From positions 1 through 62,941 of the IMG/VR virus record IMGVR_UViG_3300014638_000002: a DNA stretch of 62,941 nucleotides, one strand, 5' to 3'. This DNA is from a virus (Duplodnaviria; Caudoviricetes). The notes below the pieces were generated by a model. The model searched no databases, had not been told where the DNA came from, and saw only the letters and a program-made list of their open reading frames with translations. Each line of letters starts with the position of its first letter. Within the stretch, counting starts at the first letter, position 1. The position numbers and the translations under genes are program-made. Positions 8,596-17,012 of the stretch are shown here, piece after piece.

Positions 8596-11500
8596 GTGTC
8601 GGAAATTTTGGAGTTCATTTCCCGCGTAGCTCCGTGGGGCCAAGATCTAGTCAATCTTCACTGGAAAGTGCCGGGCAAACCATTTATGCCCGGCTTGCCG
8701 TTCAAAACTCCTGAAGATTTCTTGGCGTACGCGCAGTACGCCAACACGCGACCGAAGCTGTACGGCGATTTGTATTACTGCCTGTCCAGCCAATTGAAAA
8801 CTGGACCTGAGAAGAACGGTCGCGTTACTGCGCTACGTGTCGGTGACAACGTAGCAGCCTTCAAAGCGATCTGGTTGGACGTAGACGGCTATAAAGCGGA
8901 GAAGGGATATGCGAACCTCGGCGCAGCGTTGGAGGCAATTAAGCAATTTGTTTCAAACGCGAAACTACCAGCCCCCACTGCGCTTGTATGTTCGGGTGGA
9001 GGCTGGCACGTCTACTGGATCTCCGAAAAGCCCCTCACAGAGGACGAGTGGCGCCCGTACGCGGAAGGCCTTTGGGCGCTCGCGGTAAAGCACGGCCTAA
9101 GGGCCGACGCCGGGGTAACGACGGACAGCGTCCGCGTGCTGCGGGTTCCTGGCACCCTTAACCATAAGCCAGACCACACGGCCACCGTCAAACTAGTCGC
9201 TTTAGCGGCGACCGACTATGCCTTTGAGAGCACCTTATATGCAATAAAGGCCCCTGAAGGGCTAATTTCTCATATGAACCGATCCCGCGCGCCGCGCGCC
9301 GCGGTCTGCAATGAGGACAAGTTCATTCAACAGGCCCCTGTGGACGGGCTCGAGACGATCGGGCTGGCCTGGGATTTCGACCTGCCGCTGGCCTGGGAGC
9401 CCCTGCTAGCGGCTTCCGGCTGCCCGCACCTGCTGGAGGCCTATCAAACAGGGGGAGCGCACTACGCGCAGCCTCTGTGGCACCTGGACGCCCTCCTATC
9501 GACCTTTCTCCAGGATGGTCAGCAGATTTTCCGGCTCATAAGTAAAAGCCATCCGGCCTACGATCGCGGAGCGGCCGATGCGATGTTTGACCGTAAGGTT
9601 AACGAGAAGGAAAAAAGGAGCTTGGGGTGGCCTAGCTGTGCAGCGATCGAGTCGGCCGGATGCACGTCCTGTAAGGCGTGCCCCCATAAGGGGCAGATCC
9701 GGTCACCACTAAACTTGACGCGCCCGGCGGCCACCCCTTTTTTGCCAAAAACAGATGACGTTTCCGGAGGTATATATACCACCGGAAATGTGATACCGTT
9801 TCCTAAACCGTTCGAGCCTAATCCGAATCGACTCCCTCGCCATTACAAGATGAATGAAAAAGGTCAGGTCTGTGAGCGGATTGCCAAATTCGATGCCGCC
9901 GGCAAGCCACATGACGTGTGGGAGCCACTGATTGAAAACAAGATATGGGGACCATATATCGCATCGGATCCGATCGCGCTAACCAGCACGTTAAATTTTA
10001 CCGTAATCACGGACCTGGGCAAGACGCGTGATATCGCCGTGCCGTTCCAAGCCTTGCGAAACAAAGACACGTTTGCGATTTCGTTATACGACCAACAAGT
10101 GATGATCGTTACGGGAAAAGAGGAGGCGGCTGTGAAATTCGCTAGAGCATGGACAACGATTTTGCGAGAAACGATCGAAGCTAGTGAAATGGCGCCAGAC
10201 GGTTGGGTTACTGCGGAAGGCGGCGACCCGGTCGGGTTCATTTATGGTGGCCACCTGTATAAGAAGGATGGCACGGAACGCCCGAGTGGCCGTGACAGCA
10301 AATTCAAAGCTATCTATTCGCCCTATGGCAAAGAAGACGTGTGGTTTAAGGCTCTGGATCTTGTCACGCTGCAGAAGCGCATGCCGCTGGAAGCCGTTGT
10401 GGCATCATCCTTTGCCTCACCGTTGCTTTACATGACCGGTCAACGCGGCGGTGTTCTCGCTGCTATTGGCAAAGGTGGCGGCAATAAGTCGACCGCGGTC
10501 GACCTGGGTAACGCTGTGTGGGGCAAACCAATTTTGGCGAAAGCGATCCTTGCGGCGTCGAACAAGGGTATCACGAAACAAATGACCGAGTTGCATAATT
10601 TGCCGGTATACTGGGACGACATTAAGAACGATCGTCTAGTAGAAGCGGTTAAAATGATCAATCAGGCCACCGAAGGCCAAGGCGGCATTCATCTGAAAAG
10701 CAATCGCGAATTCGCGGAGAATGGCACCTGGCAGTCGATCTTGACGGTTTGTGCGAACGGCAACATCATTGATACGTTATTGAAGACCAGCAAGACCGAT
10801 GCCGCTTCGCTGTATCGCGTGTTTCAATTTCATGTGCCCAAGGTGCCCGATGATTGGCCCGGTCGCGTGTCCAGTACCATCGCGAAGCCACTGCAAGCGT
10901 TGCTGGATTACAACTATGGCTGCGTGGGCGCCCGTTATGCTAAATGGCTTGGATCGCATCCGGATGAAATTCGGGCCTCGGTTCTGGCGAAGCAAGCGCA
11001 GTTTTCAGAAGCGATCGGCGAGAAGCAAGAAGAACGCTTTTGGGTTGCGCTATGTGCATCAGTGTATTGTGGAGCTCAAGCGGCGAATGAAGCTCTTGGC
11101 GCCAATTTCCACCTACCGGAATTGTGGGACTTTTTGGTTGACGCTTTCTTGAAACTACGCGAGCGCGTCGAAAGCGAGCATTTGGAGGGCGGCACGGAGA
11201 TCAACACGGAAGCCTATTTAACCGGCTTTTTGAAAGGACAAGGGCGCTATACATTGATCACCTGGGATATGGTCAAGGGCGCCGGCAAACCGCTGCAGCA
11301 GCTTCGCATTATAGATCAACCGGATTTTGTCCGGTACCCCGACGCTCATGTGGACGTGCATTGGGTTTACGATGACAAGCTGCTGCGGATTTCTAAATCG
11401 GCGTTCAGAAAGTATTTGGAGGAACAAAAGGTCCTGCCGTCGTTCGTTTTGGATGGCCTCAAGGACCATTTCGACATGTATGAGAAACAGAAGGTTCGTC

Positions 11501-11664
11501 TGCACGCGGGCGTGCGTGCAGCGGGCGGCCAGGAAGCGGTGTTGATAATCCCGATCAAGCCGGGAACGTGGCTGTGGGACGAACTCGAGGCGAAGCGGCC
11601 TAAGCCGTTAAAGGGTGAGGATCATCAGGTTGGTCTTGCCGTGAGCCCAGTCGAAGGTGCCTAG
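8596..11664 (+). CDS. primase-helicase (RepB-like primase plus DUF927-type NTPase)
   Basis: WLDVD, SGGGWHVYW, RVLRVPGT.N.K, C..C.H Zn motif, degenerate Walker A GKGGGNKST, Walker B YWDD. Confidence 0.85.
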   Translation: MSEILEFISRVAPWGQDLVNLHWKVPGKPFMPGLPFKTPEDFLAYAQYANTRPKLYGDLYYCLSSQLKTGPEKNGRVTALRVGDNVAAFKAIWLDVDGYKAEKGYANLGAALEAIKQFVSNAKLPAPTALVCSGGGWHVYWISEKPLTEDEWRPYAEGLWALAVKHGLRADAGVTTDSVRVLRVPGTLNHKPDHTATVKLVALAATDYAFESTLYAIKAPEGLISHMNRSRAPRAAVCNEDKFIQQAPVDGLETIGLAWDFDLPLAWEPLLAASGCPHLLEAYQTGGAHYAQPLWHLDALLSTFLQDGQQIFRLISKSHPAYDRGAADAMFDRKVNEKEKRSLGWPSCAAIESAGCTSCKACPHKGQIRSPLNLTRPAATPFLPKTDDVSGGIYTTGNVIPFPKPFEPNPNRLPRHYKMNEKGQVCERIAKFDAAGKPHDVWEPLIENKIWGPYIASDPIALTSTLNFTVITDLGKTRDIAVPFQALRNKDTFAISLYDQQVMIVTGKEEAAVKFARAWTTILRETIEASEMAPDGWVTAEGGDPVGFIYGGHLYKKDGTERPSGRDSKFKAIYSPYGKEDVWFKALDLVTLQKRMPLEAVVASSFASPLLYMTGQRGGVLAAIGKGGGNKSTAVDLGNAVWGKPILAKAILAASNKGITKQMTELHNLPVYWDDIKNDRLVEAVKMINQATEGQGGIHLKSNREFAENGTWQSILTVCANGNIIDTLLKTSKTDAASLYRVFQFHVPKVPDDWPGRVSSTIAKPLQALLDYNYGCVGARYAKWLGSHPDEIRASVLAKQAQFSEAIGEKQEERFWVALCASVYCGAQAANEALGANFHLPELWDFLVDAFLKLRERVESEHLEGGTEINTEAYLTGFLKGQGRYTLITWDMVKGAGKPLQQLRIIDQPDFVRYPDAHVDVHWVYDDKLLRISKSAFRKYLEEQKVLPSFVLDGLKDHFDMYEKQKVRLHAGVRAAGGQEAVLIIPIKPGTWLWDELEAKRPKPLKGEDHQVGLAVSPVEGA

Positions 11665-12033
11665 GCTCTTGAAGCCGTAGGCCATGTAGATGTTCGGCAC
11701 CATGGTGCCGCAGACTACCGACTTGAAACCCGCAGCCCGGATGTCAGCAAGCCGAAAATCAGTAAGCAAGCGACCGATACCCCGACCGCGGAAGTCCGCA
11801 AGGACATTACACCACACAAATTCAGCAACATCATAATCGATGTGAGACTTGGCCCAACCGGCAAAACCGACAACGCGACCTCTGGCCAGGGCCACGCAGT
11901 AATGGATATCCGGGTTCTGGAGCTCGTCATGGATGCTTTCGGTTACACGTTTGTCCCCAGGCCAGTTTGCCCGAGTGATCATTTCGCACATGTCGCGAGC
12001 GCCCGGCTGCATCGGCTGGATATCGAAGGCCAT
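11608..12033 (-). CDS. GNAT family acetyltransferase
   Basis: V...FRGRGIGR.L acetyl-CoA motif; Y...GF. Confidence 0.85.
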   Translation of the reverse strand: MAFDIQPMQPGARDMCEMITRANWPGDKRVTESIHDELQNPDIHYCVALARGRVVGFAGWAKSHIDYDVAEFVWCNVLADFRGRGIGRLLTDFRLADIRAAGFKSVVCGTMVPNIYMAYGFKSLGTFDWAHGKTNLMILTL

Positions 12034-12039
12034 GGGACC

Positions 12040-12294
12040 TCACAGTTTCGGGCACCGCAATGTCTTTCGTTCTACTATGGTTGACTTAAGAATGTACTGC
12101 AAGCGACCGCTTTCATGGCCATGTTGATCTGGCGGCGAACAATCGCCAATGATCGTAATGCCTTCGTCGTCTTCCTTACCAAGCCACCCAATAGAAAAGC
12201 AGATGCCGGGGCCGTGAAATTTTTCGATGTCGCCCCAACCTCCTTCCGATGTCGCGTCTTTCCATTTGACAAAGAGAAGGGGCTTCGTGATCAT
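12040..12294 (-). CDS. hypothetical protein
   Basis: V.W.DA...GW...C.S.GWL..ED, a common small phage family. Confidence 0.65.
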   Translation of the reverse strand: MITKPLLFVKWKDATSEGGWGDIEKFHGPGICFSIGWLGKEDDEGITIIGDCSPPDQHGHESGRLQYILKSTIVERKTLRCPKL

Positions 12295-12392
12295 CGAAAA
12301 TACTCCGGATAATCCATGTAAACGGCAGACGCAATTAGGATCAGCAGCGCGACAATAATCCAGACTTGGATCGCTGTCAACGGTTTGTCCAC
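12291..12392 (-). CDS. 33-aa single-TM peptide (absent from ORF track)
   Basis: GTG start; MDKPLTAIQVWIIVALLILIASAVYMDYPEYFR; fills the gap exactly and is ATGA-coupled to the next gene. Confidence 0.5.
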   Translation of the reverse strand: MDKPLTAIQVWIIVALLILIASAVYMDYPEYFR

Positions 12393-12395
12393 GGA

Positions 12396-12821
12396 TTATC
12401 TCCGTGGCTTGACAGGTGCCTCAGACTTGTCGGCCGGCTTAGGATTGGCTTTGCCGCTGCCCTTGCCGAAGACGTCATCGGTTGTGACTTTGCCGCCGGC
12501 GACCGTGGCCTTATGGCCGGTAAAACGGTCTACGCCACCCAGCAAGTCGTCGTCAGGCTCTTTCTTGAAATCACGCGATCGAGGGAGGACGCTGCCGCCC
12601 ATCGCGTAGGAAGCATCATGCAAGCCGCTAGATTTACTCATGGTAGACCCTCCTTGGAAGTAACTCTTCTCGGGGTAGTGGCCCCCATGCTTGGCTTCTG
12701 TCCGCTCTTCGCTCTTCATAATGGCCACGGCTTGCTTTTGGCTAGTCACTTTGGGGCCACCAGGGCCACCAGAGTGCAGTTTGCCGGTCTTCCATTTATG
12801 CATGACCTCGGAACTGGGCAT
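12396..12821 (-). CDS. basic virion-associated protein (DUF6496-like N-terminus)
   Basis: VMH.WK.GKLHSG...KVTS.KQA.AI..SE; YFQGG and YAMGG motifs. Confidence 0.65.
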   Translation of the reverse strand: MPSSEVMHKWKTGKLHSGGPGGPKVTSQKQAVAIMKSEERTEAKHGGHYPEKSYFQGGSTMSKSSGLHDASYAMGGSVLPRSRDFKKEPDDDLLGGVDRFTGHKATVAGGKVTTDDVFGKGSGKANPKPADKSEAPVKPRR

Positions 12822-12833
12822 GACCCTACCCTA

Positions 12834-15800
12834 TTAACCACCGGTAAATTTATTGTAAGCAGCCTCGCCCAGCCCGGCCGGATGCCGCAGTCGCTCCTTG
12901 GCCAGTTTAGCATTCTCTTGCGGTATTCTTGCCATATAACGCGCGCTGGCCTCGGATGGGCTCTTGATGCCGGTCATACTGCCGGCGAATTTCCCTGCCA
13001 CTGTAAGCGGGTTGGCGCCAGGCTGGATAGCGGCATTGCTAATCGTCCCATAGGGAGGCACCAGCGTGCGACCGGCGTAGTCAGCGGCCTGGACACCGGC
13101 TTTAACGGGCCCTGTACCGCGGGGGATGATCGGTCGACCGGTCCAATCCTGGTTACGCATGACGCCGACCGCGGCGCTGACAGGTAACGACGGCGTGTAG
13201 ACCTGGGGAACCAGGCTCTCATATCCGGCTTTACCGGTCGCGATCTTGCCTAAAGTCGATGGAATGGTAAACGGCCCTCGGGCTCCGACCTCGGCCGCTG
13301 GGTTCCCGGTAACCTTCTTGGCAAATTCGTCGAGCAGCGGGGAGAGCCCAAAGCCTATGACGCCCATCACCATTAACTGTCCGAAGGCTTTCTGGCGTTC
13401 GTCTATGGAGCCGGCCGCCAGATTGGTAAACATGTCGCCCATGGATTTCCACAGGCCGGCATGGTAGCGGCCGAACGCGGACAAGCCCTGAGTGCCCAAC
13501 AGCTGGGCCAGAAATCGATTGCCGAGAAGCGTGCTGCCGATCCGGTAGTTCGAAATGAAACTCTCCGTATCCTTAATGGCGTCGACCGGCGACATGCCCT
13601 TGGCCTTGTTCTCGAGGTATCGTTGCACGTACATCATGTCGGCCGGCGCCCACATCATCTTGGTTGACATGTCGTAGACCTTCTGCGCCATCTGCGGCAC
13701 GTCCCAGCCCATCTTTGCAGCGATCGGTCCCCACAGCTTGGAGTCCTGCACCATGTTCATGCCGGCTCGACGCATGAAATCCTGATAGGCCTCGCGCGTC
13801 AAAACGGAGCCGTACATCAGGTTTCCACCGTTCTCGAGGATCTCGTGGTAGATCGGATCGCCTTCGCCGGCTTTCAGCACCGCATGGATCGCCTTTGGCG
13901 TGTCTTGTGCCATGCTCTTCAGGCCAGCTGGCGTGATCCAATCCCAGCCGCGGCCGACGGCCCACAATGCCGCCTCGTTGAGGACGTGGACAAAGCCGCC
14001 GAAGGTGTAGAGCGTCTTCAACGTGTTGCCGGCGAGGCGATCGAGTTGCGCCGGCGTTTGGAAGCCCTGGTGAGCATAATCGTCCAGCGCCCAGCGTACA
14101 CCGTCAGGCAGGTATAACGGTCGATTGCCCTTCTCGGCAAACTGTGGAAGGATCGTTTGCTTCCAGCCGTTCTCGCGCGCGACGTCTGCATTCGTGGTAC
14201 CAGCCTCATGGATATCCGGCGTGATCTTGTCCAGCAGCTTGAGCGTATTGTAGGTCTTGTCCAGACCTTGCAGTGAAGCAACGCCGCGCATCAGACCATT
14301 CTTGATGTACTGGATTGGCGGTCCATCGGTTCCGTTCGCCGGGATCTTGGCAGCATGGATTTCGTCGACGGTTGCGTTGGAGACTGTATAGGTTTTACCA
14401 TTGATCTTTATCTTGCTGCCAACGGTCGCCAGATTGTCTTTCTCGCCGACCGGCTCATAGTCAAATTGCGGCTTGCTGGCGCCCCACACTTGCACATTGC
14501 CGTGCCCGTCCTCTTCTTCGGATGGCCCAAGATCCCGCGCCACAAAGCGCTCGCCTTTACCATCTGACAGGGCCATGTAGTCGCGGCGCATAATTGCGGG
14601 AGATAACGTACCCAGGTCACGGACTAATGGATCGTCGCTTTCTGGAGCCTCTGTGCGATCGGTCGTACGCAGACGCGGCACGAACCCTTTCTCAGGATCT
14701 TCGGACCAATCCGGCAGGCCAACTCTATTCTTCGGATCGATCTCGCGGATTTGATCAATACGGGTTTGCAGTTTGCCGGCGATCTCCTTGTAAAGGTCCG
14801 CAGCTGGCTTCAGTTCATCGGGCAGCTGGTCGACCGTCTTGTTTTCGAACGCATCGGCCACTTTGCCCCAGCCGGCGTCATCGGTGAGCGATAGACCGCG
14901 CATGTATAAATCACGACGCTTCAGCGCCTGCGACAGATTGGTCGTCTTGAAAAGGTTAAAATTGTTGCCTAGCCCCTTGCCGAGATCCTGCGCCGATGCA
15001 TCGGCGTCTGGCGACAATGGATCTTCGGGGCGATGCTGGAGCTCGTCCGGTAATGGCGGCTTGGCGGCACTACCGTTGAACATCTTATCCCAGGCCCCGC
15101 GCAAGCTGGCGGTCGCTTGATTAAGGTTCTTCGGCATATTGCCGCGGCGCATAGCCTGCATGGTAGGCTGACCGGTGCTCTGCGCGATAGCTTCCTGCGC
15201 GGCCGCCGGTTGCCGGCGAAGGAAATCCGGTATCTCGTTGAGATCAGGTGCATTTCCACTCGGAGGGGCAATTTCTGCCCCAGGAGTGGAAAGATCAGGT
15301 GATTTAAGGGCTTGCTCCGTGTCTGCCGCAATATCCTTATTAGTATGATGTCCGATGTCCGTATAAGGATCGGAAGCGAGATCGAGATGATCCCATGTAT
15401 CTGGCATGATCTTCTGTGCTTCGATCTGTGCTGAATGTTGGGCAAACCAATCGGTGTACTGAAGCCAATTCATGCCCGCATGCTCGACCGCGGTTTTTTC
15501 GGCCATCGTGGCAATTTGGTGTGATTGAGGGTATTTCATGCCAAGCTTTTCAAGCTCGCCTTCAACGGTTTCGTGGACGGCCAACGGCTTTTCAAATTCC
15601 GGTGGCACGGTAGGATCTATAACAACGGGACCGGTAATGTCTTTCGACGAGTTAGCGATAGACGGCATGGGCTGGCGCACGATCGGGCGCTGTAGCGCGG
15701 CAACCATGGCGTCATTGATCACTTTTTGCGCGTTAGGCACTTGACCCGCCAGGCCAGTTGGTGTAGGACCTTCTGGCGGTGTAGCTTCAGGAGGCGCTAA

Positions 15801-17009
15801 TGGCGGACCTTGTTGGGATTGAGGAGCGGGTTCGACAGCTTGTGGAACGGGTTGGGGTCCGCGTGGAAGCGCTGAAGCGGGATTGGGAGGCGGCTGCGGC
15901 GCAGGAGCAGGCGCATTCGATTGAACTGGCGCGGGAGCGGGAGTTTCTGCGGGCGCTTGAGCAGTGGCTGCAGCAACATCAGCCGGTACCGGAGCCGTAT
16001 CCACAACAGTTGAAGGGGCGCCCTCAACGCCCTCTCCCGGACGCCCTGGGCCTACGTCCGGTTTCAGACCCTGTCGATTGGACTGGACTACGTCCAAAGT
16101 CTCGCCGGGGAGCACCGTCGCCTGATCAACCTGAGGCAGACGGCTGCTAACCGGCCGCGGCTGCTCGCCGGCCGTACCCATCGCCGGGCTAGTATTGAAC
16201 GGAGCAGATTTTTGACCTTGCGTTTGTTGTTCAGCCAATTGGGCATCAGAGGCTGGCATACCTACCGGCGTTTCTTTTTGTTGGGCGCTCGTGCGTGCCG
16301 TCATATCGGCAGCTTCTGTGCCAGCTGGCGTAACACCTTCTTCCCCTACCGCGGGAGCTCGCGTAACCAGTTGTGGCCGCGCACCACCGGCCCACTCTCT
16401 AGCCTGGGGCAAGATGGCGCCAGCAGCGGCCTGGGTCAGCGCTTCAGTGGGACTGATATTGCCGAAGCCCTTCTCGATACCTTGCTGCATGACGTCTACG
16501 CCGCCCATGAGGCCGGCACTGGCGGCCCGCACGAGGGGAGTGACATTGCCGGTGGTCATGCCGGCGGCGATCGGCGCTATCCTGCCGACGTTATACGCAA
16601 GCGGCTGCTGTTCAGCGGCCGCTGCCTCGTACGGTTTACTCAGGGGCCCAGTGGTGGGCCCGTATTGATCGCGGAGCCAATCTTGGATTTTACCGACGAC
16701 CCCGCTAGCGATCAGGCCGGCGCCTAGACCCGCGGGAATGGACACCCATGGGCCAAATTCTGAAGTAGCAGCCATGGTCCTGGCACCAGCAGCGATAGCA
16801 GCTGTGATCGGGGCGGCGGCAGGCGCCGCTCCCGCAATAGCTGCTCCAATAGGTCCTGGCTGTGGTTGTTCTTGCGGCGGCTGGATTTGGTTGAACTGGA
16901 CTGGTCCTGCATTGAGCGCCTCCTCAGGCTGAATATCATCAAACTGCATAGGAGACGAATTGTCAACCATGCCGCCATCGTCAAATGCTTGGATTTCGTC
17001 GAAACGCAT
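12834..17009 (-). CDS. large internal virion (ejection) protein
   Basis: 1391 aa, last of three large Ala/Gly/Pro/Gln-rich genes after the tail genes; hydrophobic Ala/Gly segments. Confidence 0.65.
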   Translation of the reverse strand: MRFDEIQAFDDGGMVDNSSPMQFDDIQPEEALNAGPVQFNQIQPPQEQPQPGPIGAAIAGAAPAAAPITAAIAAGARTMAATSEFGPWVSIPAGLGAGLIASGVVGKIQDWLRDQYGPTTGPLSKPYEAAAAEQQPLAYNVGRIAPIAAGMTTGNVTPLVRAASAGLMGGVDVMQQGIEKGFGNISPTEALTQAAAGAILPQAREWAGGARPQLVTRAPAVGEEGVTPAGTEAADMTARTSAQQKETPVGMPASDAQLAEQQTQGQKSAPFNTSPAMGTAGEQPRPVSSRLPQVDQATVLPGETLDVVQSNRQGLKPDVGPGRPGEGVEGAPSTVVDTAPVPADVAAATAQAPAETPAPAPVQSNAPAPAPQPPPNPASALPRGPQPVPQAVEPAPQSQQGPPLAPPEATPPEGPTPTGLAGQVPNAQKVINDAMVAALQRPIVRQPMPSIANSSKDITGPVVIDPTVPPEFEKPLAVHETVEGELEKLGMKYPQSHQIATMAEKTAVEHAGMNWLQYTDWFAQHSAQIEAQKIMPDTWDHLDLASDPYTDIGHHTNKDIAADTEQALKSPDLSTPGAEIAPPSGNAPDLNEIPDFLRRQPAAAQEAIAQSTGQPTMQAMRRGNMPKNLNQATASLRGAWDKMFNGSAAKPPLPDELQHRPEDPLSPDADASAQDLGKGLGNNFNLFKTTNLSQALKRRDLYMRGLSLTDDAGWGKVADAFENKTVDQLPDELKPAADLYKEIAGKLQTRIDQIREIDPKNRVGLPDWSEDPEKGFVPRLRTTDRTEAPESDDPLVRDLGTLSPAIMRRDYMALSDGKGERFVARDLGPSEEEDGHGNVQVWGASKPQFDYEPVGEKDNLATVGSKIKINGKTYTVSNATVDEIHAAKIPANGTDGPPIQYIKNGLMRGVASLQGLDKTYNTLKLLDKITPDIHEAGTTNADVARENGWKQTILPQFAEKGNRPLYLPDGVRWALDDYAHQGFQTPAQLDRLAGNTLKTLYTFGGFVHVLNEAALWAVGRGWDWITPAGLKSMAQDTPKAIHAVLKAGEGDPIYHEILENGGNLMYGSVLTREAYQDFMRRAGMNMVQDSKLWGPIAAKMGWDVPQMAQKVYDMSTKMMWAPADMMYVQRYLENKAKGMSPVDAIKDTESFISNYRIGSTLLGNRFLAQLLGTQGLSAFGRYHAGLWKSMGDMFTNLAAGSIDERQKAFGQLMVMGVIGFGLSPLLDEFAKKVTGNPAAEVGARGPFTIPSTLGKIATGKAGYESLVPQVYTPSLPVSAAVGVMRNQDWTGRPIIPRGTGPVKAGVQAADYAGRTLVPPYGTISNAAIQPGANPLTVAGKFAGSMTGIKSPSEASARYMARIPQENAKLAKERLRHPAGLGEAAYNKFTGG

Positions 17010-17012
17010 TGG

